NCBI GenBank assembly: GCA_964016885.1
Contig: OZ024742.1
Span: 125,736,001 to 125,800,000, forward strand
DNA: 64,000 nt
Reading direction: 5' to 3'
From: Eledone cirrhosa
Lineage: Eukaryota
Part shown: positions 41,900-55,984 of the stretch, piece after piece
Position numbering within the stretch: the first letter of the stretch is position 1
How the letters are laid out: each line of letters begins with the position of its first letter
Position numbers and translations under genes: made by a program
The notes under the pieces: model-generated
What the model was told of the DNA's origin: nothing
The model's database searches: none
What the model saw: the letters and a program-made list of their open reading frames with translations, nothing else

Positions 41900-42022
41900 A
41901 AAATCAAGAGCTGTAAAAATGGCTACGCACCTGACATGACCAAAACCAAACAGAAAATGATAGTGGTCAACCAAGGAGGGATTCCTCCCACGGGAGAGAG
42001 AAGTCCCTGGGTTGGATTGGAT
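41900..42022 (+). mobile_element. Fragment homologous to the LINE-like 5' UTR at 54690-54880
   Basis: Shared ggctac..cctgaca.gaccaaaaccaaacagaaa..gattcct.ccac.ggag. Confidence 0.6.
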
Positions 42023-42169
42023 TGTTTGTAAGAGCTGTCGCAGATTGAAAATAAACCTTTATACTATGAACAGGAATTTACAATGTTCGTCACAAGTATG
42101 AAAATACACTCTTGACAGGTGCAATGTGTCTGAACACGGAAGAGCCTCCATTTCTCTCGCCCTCCCCAT

Positions 42170-42295
42170 CTCTCTGTATAGTGATAAAATGGAGTCCCAC
42201 CTGCTGGCCACCCTACAGCCCCCGCGGACAGAATAGAAAAGGCGTTTCTCCGGAGGATGGTAAGGGAGATCCACTGGAAGACCCATTCCATCTCG
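42170..42295 (-). mobile_element. 3' remnant of the CRE-like element family
   Basis: EWVFQWISLTILRRNAFSILSAGAVG matches EWLFQRVSLAVQRGNAFSILSAGAVG at about 56770-56850. Confidence 0.75.
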
Positions 42296-42569
42296 CTATT
42301 TATTTTATCGATTCCTGAGTTTACTAGTACATAGGTGATTGTAGAATATATTTAAACATGCGTTCTAATATATATGCCATTTCACCACCTTAGTTTGGGA
42401 ATTATTACCGTAACATTATTTTGTATCAAATTCATCTCAGTTGATTTCAATTCTGTTATAAAAAATAGCTTATGATTTGAAGATAATTTTAATGAAGTAT
42501 TTAGAACAATTACTGATGTAAGTTAGACATTAAATATTATTTAAATTATATATTAATTCCAGCTTTAGC

Positions 42570-43044
42570 ATTCGGTAATGAGGCGAAGAGAGGCACCTTG
42601 GTATTCGTACCAATCCTTGCTTGTGGTCATGAATCTTGAGTAATGACTGAAAGAATACGATCCCAAATAGAAGCGATCGAAATGGGATTCCTCCGAATGG
42701 TTTTGGAGTAACTTTACTAGATAGAGTGCGTAGCTTGGAGATCAGAAAGTCGCTCCAGATAGAGTCACTACTTCGCCGAACTAAGAGATGATCATAGCTC
42801 CAGTATTACGGACATGTGGTTAAAATGTCTCAGAAAAGAATCGCTGGACAGATTTCATGACAAAACCAAACGGCAAGAGAAACAGTAGACCCAGAACAAG
42901 ATGGTTGGATAACATCCACGAGCTCGGCTGGCCTTTGACCCTCTCGGGAAGAAGAAGAAGAAGAAGAAGAAGAAGAAGAAGAAGAAGAAGAAGAAGAAGA
43001 AGAAGAAGAAGAAGAAGAAGAAGAAGAAGAAGAAGAAGAAGAAG

Positions 43045-43074
<30 letters not shown>
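42570..43074 (+). mobile_element. RTE (Rex3/Expander-like) LINE 3' fragment ending in (GAA)42
   Basis: GHES.VMTERIRSQIEAIEMGFLR..YYGHVVKM..RPRTRWLD. (GAA)n spans 42948-43074. Confidence 0.8.
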
Positions 43075-43075
<1 letters not shown>

Positions 43076-43182
43076 GTAATACTTTCAAAATTAAATATCA
43101 AACCTTGATTATCAATTCATTGAATTGATGTCGCAAAGTTAGAATGGAAACTTAAAACATTGCACTGTTACATATTAGAGTA

Positions 43183-43555
43183 ACGGATTAGCAGCTGGGC
43201 GTCGGACAACATGTTTTGCGTCATATAGTTACGTCTCTTACGTTCTGGGTCCAAATCCTGCCGAGGTTAGCTTTTCCTTTACTCATTAAGGGGTGGGGGT
43301 CGATAAATAAAGAACCAAAGACGCACTGGGGTCGATTTAATCGACATTTACTTCCGCAAAAATCGTTGGTTTTGTGCCATATGGCGTTGGATTGGCAGTA
43401 TCTGTAGAGGATCAGACATCATGCTTTGCAACACAGAGTTACGGCCCTTACGGTTTGAGTTCAGGTTAACTTTCATCCTTACGGGGTCGATAAAATAAAG
43501 TACCAGCAATGCACTGGGATAATTGCTGGCCTTCTGCCAAAAGTAGGAACAATTA
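43183..43555 (+). mobile_element. Two tandem SINE family A copies (long then short variant)
   Basis: Similarity to the other copies. Confidence 0.75.
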
Positions 43556-45492
43556 CACCGTGTAACGGAAAAAAATTGTTTTCTCTGTTCCTGGCTTGTA
43601 ATCACATTTTTGTGTTGCTTAGGTCCCAAATAAATAAATAAAAAAGTGCTGTTAAACAGTTAAAAGTTTGGGTTTGTAAAAATTCTAAGCTATTCACTAG
43701 AATTATTTGCATGCTCGATTTTACGTTGTATGTAAGTTTAATTTGCTTATGTTAAATGATTTTTTTTATATATGTTTCAGGTTAAATTAAAATTATAAAA
43801 TAAAGAGTAATACCAAAAGAAAATTATAAAAGTGCAATAAAGTATAAAATTGTTAAAAAGTGGATTAAAAAGATTTATTGATACTGTATTTTTGCACCCG
43901 GAATTAAGGGTAAGTTGTGTTTTAAGCATTCGTCTCCAGGATGAAGCAGTGGAACTTGGTCAAGCAGGAAGTGCAGGTAACAAGTCAGAGAAGTCGACAC
44001 AAACCTTTCTCAGGCTTTTACACTCTTAGGGGTGTCCTCTGCTTCTGCCATGACGTGCCTGGACTGTTTGACGTTATTGGGGTGCCGTTTGTGCCCAAGA
44101 AGTGGCGGCTATTTATAGACAGCTCCACCACAAGTTTGAAGGCTGTCCTCCTCCACAATGGAAACAAGTCCCCGACACTGCCCCTAGCTCATTCAGTCTG
44201 CCTGAAGGAAGATTACTACAGTCTGAAAGTTCTCTTGGAAGCTCTGCAATACAACCTATACAATTGGGAAATCATTGGAGATTTCAAGATGGTGGCTTTC
44301 CTGCTTGGACTCCATGGAGGCTTTATCAAATTCCAATGTTTCCTCTGCCTTTGGGACAGCAGAGCCACCTATGACGACTACAAAAGAAAGAACTGGAAGC
44401 AGCGAACAGAATTTGTAGTTGGGACCCGAAACGTCATGTGGGAGCCATTGGTTGATCCCAGGATTGTGCTCATGCCGCCACTGCACATTAAGTTGGGGTT
44501 GATGAAGCAGTTTATGAAGGATCTCAACCAAGAATCAGCTGCTTTTAAGTACCTTCTTGATTTCTTCCCCAAGTTATCTGAGGCCAAAATCAAAGGTGGA
44601 ATTTTTGTTGGACCTCAGATAAAGAAGGTGTTTGAGTCTACCGAGTTCTCCAATAAGCTCAATAGGATTAAGAGAACAGCATGGAACTGTTTCAAGGCAG
44701 TTGTTAAGGGCTTCCTGGGAAACTACAGAGCTGAAAACTACCAGCAACTGGTGCAGATCTGATAAAGGCTTTTGGCGCCATGGGATGCAGGATGTCGCTT
44801 AAACTCCATATGCTGGACGCTCACCTGGAACAATTCAAGGACAATATGGGCGCCTACTCAGAAGAACAAGGAGAACAATTCTACCAAGATGTGAAAGAGA
44901 TAGAGCGGAGGTACCAGGGCCACTACAATGAAAAAATGATGGGGGACTATATCTGAGGGCAAGGCGGGAATGCGACCTGGACTACAACCGCAAATCCAGG
45001 AAATCCAGTCATTTCTGACGTGTATAAGTTGCTTTATAAGTGTTATTTGTTTTTACTTGTTTGCTTTTGATAAGCTTGTGTAATAAAATAAATATATACT
45101 CTGTTGATTTAATTATATGAACTGATAAATTTTTTTTAAATGTGTTTTTTCTTGAAAAATATGAAAATTTCGAAATATCAAACTTCTGACCACAAACCCA
45201 AACTTCTGATTAAATAATAGTGTTTTTTTTAATAATAATTGTTTCTACGTTAGGCACAAGGCCAGCAATTACCCAGTGTATTACTGGTACTTTATTTTAA
45301 CGACTCCGTAAGGATGAAAGGCAAAGTTAACCTCGGCGGGATTTTAACTCAGAATGGCAAGGGCCGTAACTCTATGCGTCAAAACATGGCGTCCGACCCT
45401 CTACCAACACTGCCAATCCACCATAATAATGGGATATAACAAACCGTGAAATGACACTTAGAACCCGGGAACAAAAAATATGTTACACGGTG
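43556..45492 (+). mobile_element. Chapaev3-type (CMC) DNA transposon, internally deleted
   Basis: TIR CACCGTGTAAC...GTTACACGGTG with TTA TSD on both sides, plus transposase motifs. Nested SINE A at 45232-45423. Confidence 0.85.
43941..45017 (+). pseudogene. Chapaev3-like DDE transposase, frameshifted near 44755
   Basis: WRLFIDSS..SLKAVLLHNGN, GDFKMV, CFLCLWDSRA, PPLHIKLGLMKQF and GIFVGPQI. Continues in another frame as SLKLHMLDAH..SEEQGEQFYQD..RYQG. Confidence 0.85.
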
Positions 45493-46472
45493 TTATTAAC
45501 CATATGAGTAATCTTCTGACATATCACAATTGAATTATCTCAATTGTTTATCAATGCTTGATTGCACCATTGACAAACTTTCCTTCACTGAATATGTCAA
45601 CCATCAGATGTTAGTTTGAAACGAAAACCGAACACTTATGTTACAAGAGTTTTCTGTCAAACTTGTTCTGTTGCTTGGTTTTCCTTTTACATTTAATACT
45701 TTACAAAGATTGCATATAAGCAAATTTTCTTGTGTGTATATTTTAAGCATATTTTCTATATGTACAGCTAAAATACGCTAATAAACAAAGCAAACGAATT
45801 TTAGTATTTCTCATGAATGCAAAGTGTGTGGTGTCTCACAGTTTAAAAATTACTGGTCTATATCTTCACCAACACTCTATGTAATTTGTCTGTGTATCTT
45901 GTAAAAATAAAATAATATTTACTGAAGTCGATATAATCGACTATATACCCTATATAATCCGACTTATACAGCAGTAACGAAAAATCTGAATTATTAAGCT
46001 GCTGTCATTGTATTCCTATAATATTTGTCTCTCAAACATTTTTTTATGTTTATCGGATGTAGTAGATAGAGTTACAGTAGTTTTGCAGTTTGCAAGAATT
46101 TACGACACAATTTCCGAAGGTAAAGAATAAGTCTTCCGAAAACATAGGTTTAGTCATGATATGAAATGCTGCCAATTGTTTCAGCTGTAAAAAATATCTG
46201 TTTTCAGTATTAGGATGAATAAATCGATGCAATGTCACTGATGCAATCACGCTATTTATTTTCTTCCTTTAAGAAAATTCTGGAATGTGCAGTGTGCCAA
46301 TTCTAAAAATTGATAGACGATTTGTATCATTCTAATTTCTCTATATTTTCGGGTATCATCTTGGTAAATAGTGTACGCAGATGAGATGGTTTCCTTTCGC
46401 CTCTAACATTTATAAACAGAATAGCCATGTACCGATCGAGTAATCTTTTTTTAGTATTATAGGCTGGAGAGG

Positions 46473-46826
46473 GCAGTGGATTGGCAGTATCAGTAGAGAT
46501 TTTGACAACACGCTTTGCAGTTCAATTCCACCGAGGTTATCTTTGCCTTTCATCCTTACGGGATCAGTAAAATAAAGTACCAGTAATGCATTGGGGTCGA
46601 TTTAATCAACTTTCCCGTCCCCAAAACTTGTTGTCCCTGTACCTAAATCAGAAACCATTATTAAACATTCGGACGCCATGCTTTGACGCATAGAGTTACG
46701 GCCATTCTGAGTTCAAATCCCGCCGAGGTTAACTTTGCCTTTCATCCTTACGGGGTCGATAAAATAAAGTACCAGTAATACACTAGATAATTGCTGGCCT
46801 TGTGCCAAAAAGTAGAAACAATTATT
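46473..46826 (+). mobile_element. Two tandem SINE family A copies (long then 5'-truncated short variant)
   Basis: Similarity to the other copies. Confidence 0.8.
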
Positions 46827-47960
46827 AGACATATTCAGCGGGATTAAATTATTTAACATTTTGAGCTGAAAGTGATTGGTTCCGAATTTATCATTTCTGG
46901 CTCAGTAAAATAAGTATCAGTCAAGTATTAGGATAATTGTATCAACAGTTGCAAAAAAAAATTGAAAGGCGACAACCTAGTGAACATAATCAGTAGAACA
47001 TTTTACATTCTTAGTTCAGATACTACTGAAGTCAACTTCATATTTTCTCATTCCAGAATCAATGAAATATGATACAGCTATTCTGAGGGCGATGTCATTA
47101 AATTCGTTGTGTTAAATAATTTTCTTGGGGGGTTCCATTTAACTCAAATTATATTTGTAGTGCATAATTACCGAGGTTCCTCACTCACCTGAAGATTGGC
47201 CACCGGTCGTATTTGAGTCAATTATCAGTTAAAGTGTGGAAATAATTGAAATGGACAGTCACCAACCATGGGAAATAGAAAGGAAAGGAGATGTGGAATT
47301 ATTGAACGAAAATCTAAAGCCGCATCGCCTGCTTTTCTGTAAGATTTCCATCGTTCCCAACATTGAGATGTTCTGAGTGTGAAAAAAATAAGAATTTTCA
47401 AAGTTGACAGATGATTCTAGGCGATGGGTGTACATTCTACAATTATCCTTCAAATCACACCCTAATACTGCCTTAAAATATGAAGGGAATATTAAGTAAT
47501 GTAGTCTTATATATAGAGAGAGAGATGTATTGAACCGGAAGATCTTATGGAGTCGCAGGAGCGCCGTATGGGCGTCATAGGGACATAAAGCATATCTTTG
47601 GCATATTAAAACTAACGGGCCCTATCCACCCACCAGTCATACTTGTGAAGGAGAAAGAGAGTGACAGAGAAATCACCCCCTATACTGGACTGGTAAAATG
47701 TATATATATATATATTTCAATCACATATTTTTTCAATCACATATTATTTTCAATCACATATTTTTTTATTTGTTTGACCCGAATTACTTGGTCGTTTCTA
47801 TTGCTGTGCGGATGACGGTTTAACCATCGTCTCAGTGTGTTTGTCCTTTAACGTATGTTGTAGCTCTGGTTCGTCAGAATTATTGAGCGCTTGCCACACA
47901 TCTCGGAAGCTGTTTTTCGCTAATTCCAAAGCCGAAATACGATTCTCGCTAATTTATATT

Positions 47961-48008
<48 letters not shown>

Positions 48009-48019
48009 TGTATATATAT

Positions 48020-49056
48020 ACGCTTTTTTCTTTTACAAATATACCCATCTTTCTACCTTATTTCAGTATATTATATTATACAATTTACTCATTCTATGTC
48101 GTTAGCGGTCCCCTATTTTTCTTCTTTTTTATCCTTTTTTCCTTTTTTCCTTTTTTTCTTTTTTAATTTCTAATCTTTAATCTGTAACTTTTACTTCTCA
48201 ATTATTTCTTAATTCATATTAATACTCACTATAGCATTTTCCTTATATTCTTGGCCATACAAAATATTTTTAATATATACTAATATTACCATTAGTAAAT
48301 TTTGTAAACATATATTTTATTTTACGTTAGATATTTTCTCTTACTAAATTTTCTTCTTTCTTCTCTCCTTCGGTGCTCGTATTAAACCTATTATTTACGT
48401 TTTCATATTACAATACATAGAAACAAACTTATACCCTAACTAATTCCTCTAAGTTCATAATTCATTTAATCTCTTCTTCATTCACCTTATACCCTTAATA
48501 TTTTTATTTTAATAATACATATTAATAAATTCCTTTTCGCACATATTATTAAACACTTCAATATATAAACCTTAAATAAATACTATTCTTAATTCCTTTT
48601 TCTTTAATCATAAACATCACCATTCATAAACCTCATTAACTTTTAATTTCAAAATTTTTTTTAAATTATGTATTATCTTACAACGGTTTTTTTTATTTCT
48701 CTCTGTGAGACAATTTTTCTCAGTATTGAAGTCTATCTCTCTCTCTCCCACTCATTTCTCCTCCTCTCTCATCCTTCCTTCTTATACTCCTCCCCCGTCA
48801 TCCTTTATTTTCTTTCTTCTTCTTCCTTACCTTTTCCTTCCCTCTTCCTTCTTTTTTTTTCCAATCTCATATATCCATCTTATTTTATTTTTCATATGTA
48901 GATTGAACACTTCACTGCTCGCAAGTGTTTTTTAAACTTCATATCATGTCTCCCTATTTTATCTGATGAGAACGCAAGTATCATCCCATGATGATATTTG
49001 TTTTTGAAATACGCATAATAAAATACATGGAACTCTTTTAACCATCTTAACCATAT
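48020..49056 (+). mobile_element. Non-coding PLE 3' UTR-like fragment between (TA)n tracts
   Basis: Pyrimidine-rich body with a terminal HHR related to the one at 5266-5328. Confidence 0.6.
48956..49024 (+). ncRNA. Type I hammerhead ribozyme
   Basis: ATTTTAT-CTGATGA-[caagtatcatc/gatgatatttg]-GAAA-TACGCA-TA-ATAAAAT. Confidence 0.8.
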
Positions 49057-49356
<300 letters not shown>

Positions 49357-49587
49357 CTAATCTAATTAGAGCAAACATCACGAGCGCTCTATCTCAAAAT
49401 TATTTTTGAAAAGCATTAGAAATGCGCAACTGGTAAAAACTTAAAACTAAAACTGAATACTAACCAATACTTATTACTAATTTATACTTATTCCTAATTA
49501 AACTATTTTTCACTGGGAAAAATTTGTCAGCATTTTATTTTCCTTTTACTAATATATCACAACTCGTGTGTTACACCTCTATTTTTT

Positions 49588-49634
<47 letters not shown>

Positions 49635-49852
49635 GGTGGGGCAGTAACGGTTAGAACGCCTTTAGTTGTAGATTTTATTGATGACGACTGAATTTAGGCT
49701 AAGAAAACAATAACGGCAAAGTGTTTTTTGCTGTAGTAATATAAAACAAAGAAGGCGGCAAGTCTTATAGTGAGGAAGTGAGTAAAATATACTTCACTGT
49801 AGAGATCTCATAAGACCGAAACACCGTTGCTTTCGCTAGTTGGGTTAGCGAC

Positions 49853-50310
49853 AATAATAATAATAATATATAATAATGAAATTATTGTGTACAGTGCTAG
49901 GGTGCACTACAACGCATCAAAGGTGCATGTATAGTACATAGAATAATGTTAAAATGTCAGGAAAATGAATAGTGTATGAATCAGGAAATACATGTGTACG
50001 TGTGTATGGAGCGGGGACATCAGGTGTAGTGTTGGGTACATCAGGTGCAGTGTTGACGAATCTCAGGAAGCATGGAGGTTTTAAAGGATGCAGTGTCTCG
50101 ACAGCTAACAACTGGTGCAGGTAGTTTGTTCCATGCATCAGCAACTCTGAGCGTGAAAAAAATGTTTCCGAAAGTCATGGGAGCTGTGCTGTTTTTTTCA
50201 TTTGTAGGCATGCCCATGTGTGTTAGACACATGGAAATCAAAAAGGTGCTCAGGGTTGTTGTTGGCAAGATTGTTGACAATTTTGATGCACATCATTCTG
50301 CATTGTGTGT
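49853..50310 (-). mobile_element. CR1/L2-group LINE 3' end with (ATT)n tail
   Basis: FFTLRVADAWNKLPAPVVSCRDTASFKT motif. Confidence 0.8.
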
Positions 50311-50962
50311 ATAAACAAACACTTTAAATCACGTAATCTATGGGGATTTGCTTCTCTCTTGTTTGAGGCTTTTAGATCTTAAAGCCCCATAAGTGGAAAT
50401 TTTGTCCAGAAATTGTTTGGATAATCTCAAGTTGACAGAAGGTTTTCAATTCGCTCTATTACATACGTGAAACCCTACTGATAATTTTATATATTTGTAT
50501 ATTAACAAGTCTTCTTTGAACAACAATAATAACAACAACACAAAACGTCCTTATTATTATTTTGTTCTATTATAAGTGGAAACCTAATATGAATAAATAT
50601 TTACAACCAAATATTACTTTGCAACTTACCAAATAAGTATTGTTCTCATTCGGATTCTTCTAAATTTCCTCTAGCTCACCCTTTGTCTCTCTACCCCTCT
50701 GCATCTCTCCCTCGATTTAACTATCTATCTATCAATCTATCTGTCTAGGTAGCTATCTTTCTAGCTATGCATCTCTCTATCTATCATGTATGTGCCTGGT
50801 TGAGTGTGAGCATACTTTTATATTAATGTAGACAGTGATATTAATGTATTTTTTTAAGTATCTAAATATACATATATGTGTATCTGTATATAATAAAATT
50901 ATTAATATTACTATATTATTGTATGTATACATATATATACCCACATTCGTGTGCACACACAC

Positions 50963-51006
<44 letters not shown>

Positions 51007-51148
51007 GCGTGTGCGTGCGTGTGTGTGTGTGCGTATGTGTGTGCGTGTGCGTGTATATTTGAAAAGATTAATATATACGAGTATATCGATAAAAACATTT
51101 ATAACATTTATATTAATATATATTTGTAAGTTTTATGTGTATATTCGA

Positions 51149-51181
<33 letters not shown>

Positions 51182-51357
51182 GATATGTGTGTGTGTGTAT
51201 GATTATATACACAAATATGTACATATATTTATAATATGCATATATATGTATGTATGTGTTTACACAAATAAAATACATATAAATATGTGTATATGTGTGT
51301 ATACATACACACATGCGCACTCATACACACATACATATATATATATATATTTATATA

Positions 51358-51439
<82 letters not shown>

Positions 51440-51546
51440 CTTATGGGGGTTGCTGATATTAATGTGTACGCATAAACATTAATACACAACTACTCATTCC
51501 TAAACACACGCTCTCTCTTTCTCTCTCGTATATATATATATGTATG

Positions 51547-51590
<44 letters not shown>

Positions 51591-51907
51591 CTCACAAAAA
51601 AATAATAGATTTCATTTTTTCCAACTCTTCTATATCCAACATTACTTTATTAAATGCTTCAATGAACACGGTCGGCACTTTTATTCTTTCATAGTATCTA
51701 TTTTGCATAGATATATGAAATTATGATATAACTGATATCTTTCACGTGTTTTATTAAATATCTCACTGTTTCGATGGAGTTAAAAGCAGCATTAGGGCGC
51801 CATCAAGCAGCTGAGAGGCTAGGCAGAGCTGATCGTTTCACCAATTTAATTAAGATTATAATGATGACCATGATCATCATGATCATCATCGTCATTATGT
51901 TTATGGT

Positions 51908-52100
51908 TATAATTGTTTCTATATTTGGCACAAGGCCAGCAATTATCCCGGTGCATCACTGGTACTTTGTTTTATCGACCCCGTAAGGATGAAAGGCAAA
52001 GTTAACCTCGGCGGGATTTGAACTCAGACCATAAAGGGACGTAACTCTTTGCTGCAAAGCATGGCGTCCGACCCTCTATCAATACTGCCAATCCACCGCC
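51908..52100 (-). mobile_element. SINE family A
   Basis: Near-consensus copy with B-box GAGTTCAAATCC. Confidence 0.85.
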
Positions 52101-52446
52101 CTGTTTATGGTTATAATGATGATGGTAGTATTGGTTATAATCATGCTGGTTATGATGATGAATATGATCAATGATGATGATCAATGATGACGGTAGTTAT
52201 GATGATGCAGAGGATCATCATATATAGAGAAGGAAGAAGAGGATGATAAGGAGGAGGATAATGATGATGATGTTGATGGTGATGATGGCGGTCTTGGAGA
52301 GTGAACATGACGCTGATTATGGGAATGAAGAAAAATATTTAAATATAGAATCTATAAATTTAAAATAAACAAATATTTCATATATTTATTTCATCTTGGT
52401 TTTTACTTTTTATTTAGTATATTTTTATTTGTTTCCTTTATACATA

Positions 52447-52489
<43 letters not shown>

Positions 52490-53789
52490 CATCAGCAAAG
52501 AATTGATGTACATCTGACTGTAGCAATTCTGGGGTGAATGAAGTCTCTGACGCGCTCACTGAAGAAAACCTAGAGATGAAATTGCTGATGTATAAAGTAG
52601 TTAAATAGGTATTCGTCTATCATCAGTTCACATCAACGACATGTGTCTTGTTGCTGTTATCCTTTTACGACCGAGTAAGTGGAAGAAGAGGCGACGAATT
52701 GGCAGAATCATTAGCTTATCGGATAGAATATTTTGTAGTATGTTTCGGCACTCCGTGTTTAAATCGTGCCGAGGTCAACTTTTCCTTTCATCATTTCAAA
52801 CTCATTAATAACAAAGTACTAGTCCAGTACTGGTATTGATTCTTTCTGTATATATCTTTCTCACTTCCATTCTCTCATTCTCAATCCTTCTCTGAAATCT
52901 ACTGTACTCTGACCTAGAAAGAGATGTATTCTGCCAGGCTTAAAATGCCAAAGAAATATGATATGTCACTACGGCACCCCTACAACTCCATCAGGAGTTA
53001 CGAGACCATATCGTATCAAGAGGAGGCAAGCTGGCACAATAAATTACCATTTTTAGAAATCTTGATACTTGTCGGAGAACACGTATGTATCCTTTTACCA
53101 GAGACTTTGCTTGAATGCTTGCATCAAAGTGTGTTACTCTAAATGCACCCAAGGTTCAGCTGATACCCTGTTGGAGCAGACCTAAGAACAAAAGCATTTG
53201 TCATAAGACTCCGAGCTCTCTCGAACTACGTTATCAAACATGTTCTTCTTTTGGTAAAACAGAGTAGAGTGTAATTGAAGATAACGTTTTACTGCTATTT
53301 CTAGCAGCTTGAAGAACAGCGTACAATGCAGTCTTCTCTGACGCATAGAGTGCCTCATGTTTCTGGACATGTAGATTAGATCTACTTCCATAAGCATGAC
53401 TAGTTAAAAATGGAAAACAATTAAATATAAATAAATAAGTAATAAAAGACAGATCAAATAGAAAAGTTACCTTTGGTAGATTCATATTCTAGCCGGAATG
53501 GATTCAACGTTTATCCGCTTTGTGGCATGAAGCCGGGACTAAATACAGGCGTTTAATTTCCTTTCAAGTCTTAGATGATCATTACAACAATGTTATAGAG
53601 AATCCTAGTGCATTGATGTTCAATGATTAGATCAAGGTCGGATTAACCAAACGAAGGAAACACATGCTTAGACACCAGAAGATGACACTACAAAGGCTTT
53701 TTTAAATTAATTATATATATATATATATATATATTTGTTTTTTAATCTATTTTGCGAGATTTTATCTGAATATGTGTGTGGAAACAGAT

Positions 53790-53980
53790 ATTGTTATACT
53801 TTGGGAGAGGCATGCTGCCAATAAAAACACACGCACCTTTTGGTTTTCACTTCAATTTATTATTCGTTTCCGGTTGATTGGCTGGTTGGTTCGATAACCG
53901 GAAGGTTGTTTATATATTGTCAAAGCCTCCTCAGTGACTCAATTTTTATTTTGTGTGTCTCACCTTTGTTCTGTCCTACA
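53790..53980 (-). mobile_element. Terminal fragment of the PLE family at 22899-24186, HHR core partly deleted
   Basis: Colinear with 22899-23141. Confidence 0.8.
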
Positions 53981-54689
53981 CACAAAAACAGACGATAGAG
54001 AAATGAAACAGATACCGTGAGTCATCTTTTTCCGCCATTTCACCGCTCCTCTAATTGATAGAGTAGTTTTAACATTATATTAAAGTTAATATCAATATAC
54101 AATGTACCTTCCCTAGGAATAAATAGTATTGTCTCAATGTGATAAATCAATAAGTATTTTCATTTTTTTTTTAATAAATGGAAAGTGTCACATTAAGATG
54201 AAATTTCTATTTTTGTTATTAATATTTAATCTAATTATTGTATATTGCATTTCGGTAACAAGAGATTGCTGGTTGACGGTTTCCAACGGGCTAACTGGTT
54301 CACTGCATTTCAGACGCAAGAGTGACTAGATATTGTATGTACAACTCCAGCAAAACAAACACCATAACGAACATCATTTGAAAGCAACGATTTATCAAGG
54401 TATTTTCTCGCCAACGTTTGTTTCTTGTCAATATACAAAAGCAAAATTGGCAGAGTCCTTAATCTGTTCGATGGAATTCCTTGCGGTTTTAGTTTTAGCT
54501 CTCTATGCTCTGAGTTCACCTCGTACCAGAACCAACTTTGCTTTTCCTCCTTATTTGGGTCGTGTAAGTACATATCACATACTAACACCGATTTCTCCTT
54601 TCTCGGAATCACCTATATGACCATGAGATTAGAAAATAAACTTCTTTTTGCAGCAACATGACTGATATAGGAAGTGCATTGTACGTATA

Positions 54690-55029
54690 TCTAATCCAAT
54701 CCAGGACGTTCTCACTCCTGTGGCAGGAATCTATCCCTGATTGAACTCCACTGATTTCTGTTTGGTTTTGGTCGTGTCAGGGGTGTAGCCGTTCTCACCC
54801 CGCTTGGCCCATTGCGGGTTGGGGAGGCTACTTAAACCATAGTTTTGGTGGATGGTTCATTCGCCCTTTTTAACAGCTCTTGTTTTTGTTTGTTTGTTTT
54901 ATTCTTCTGAGCTTCTCACCAGACCCTAGTCTGGTGAGGGAGCCGGTTTAATCACCGACCACTCGACTATAAAGTAGGTTTAATTGGGTTACATGAAAAC
55001 CCAGATCAGGCAGAAGCCTGACCTGACCT
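54690..55029 (-). mobile_element. Probable LINE 5' UTR fragment with structured leader
   Basis: Homology to 10165-10279 and 41900-42022, with multiple hairpins. Confidence 0.45.
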
Positions 55030-55471
55030 ATATGTGTATTTATGCTAATGTGAAAATTGAAAGAGTTACAGACATAAATATATAAATATACAAACACACA
55101 TGACTAATTATTATGGTTGGTTAATTTTGATAGTAGTGTATTATAGCTGCTTAATTGCCGTTGTTTGACTATGAATTATTGGATCTGACTCTACAATAAT
55201 TACACCATGATAATTATCGATGAATCCACTAAGCAGGGTTAAATTCACTTTTAATATTTTATTCTTTTGCTGGTTTCAGTAATTCGATTAAGCTAATGCG
55301 GCAAATTGGCAGAGTCCTTAAAACGTCGGATAAAATGCTTTGTGGTATTATACCAATGCAGGGGAAGCACCCTAAAGTGTTTTAATTGATTATAACAGCC
55401 AGGAGTTATTTTTAAGTTTGCTATTTAATGTATCCATCTCTGTTTGTCAAACCACTAACTTTAAGTTAGAA

Positions 55472-55691
55472 CTGGCATGTTAAACTGAGGATCCCCCGAG
55501 CGCCACAAGGGTCACATATATGTTGTCTGAGGGTTACACACGACAACTAATTGCACACATTACAACTAATATTTTTTTATTCTATATTACAAAGATAAAA
55601 CATGTTCGCGCTGTAAAACCCTTTGTTCGAGCCGCAGGTGTGCTTGTAAAGGGCTACATGCGGTCCGCAGGCCGCATGTTTCACATGCCTG
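55472..55691. mobile_element. hAT (Charlie-like) MITE
   Basis: Imperfect TIR C[T/A]GGCATGT[T/G]AAAC. 8-bp TSD AGTTAGAA/AGTTAAAA. Subterminal GCGGTCCGCAGGCCGC palindrome. Confidence 0.7.
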
Positions 55692-55763
55692 AGTTAAAAG
55701 ACATAAACCAACAGCGGTTTCAACAAATATACAGAAAAAAACACATGCAGATGCACACAGTCA

Positions 55764-55801
<38 letters not shown>

Positions 55802-55811
55802 ACACACACCA

Positions 55812-55893
<82 letters not shown>

Positions 55894-55984
55894 TTATATA
55901 TATATATATATAATTACATTAATAGTTATTTGAATGTGATTTCATATTCCGAAAGATTGAACCCTGGATATGAAAATATAAAGG

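Noticed and set aside
41717-41974. Poly-Ser/Leu ORFs
   Set aside because: Artefacts of an (AGT)n microsatellite.
42820-43108. Poly-Leu, poly-Phe and poly-Arg ORFs
   Set aside because: Artefacts of the (GAA)42 LINE tail.
49730-49835. gtcttat...ataagac-c-GAAACACCGTT as an HHR 3' half
   Set aside because: The CTGANGA box is absent.
52555-52592. CTGAAGA-aaacctagagat-GAAA
   Set aside because: No stem II pairing or valid stem III.
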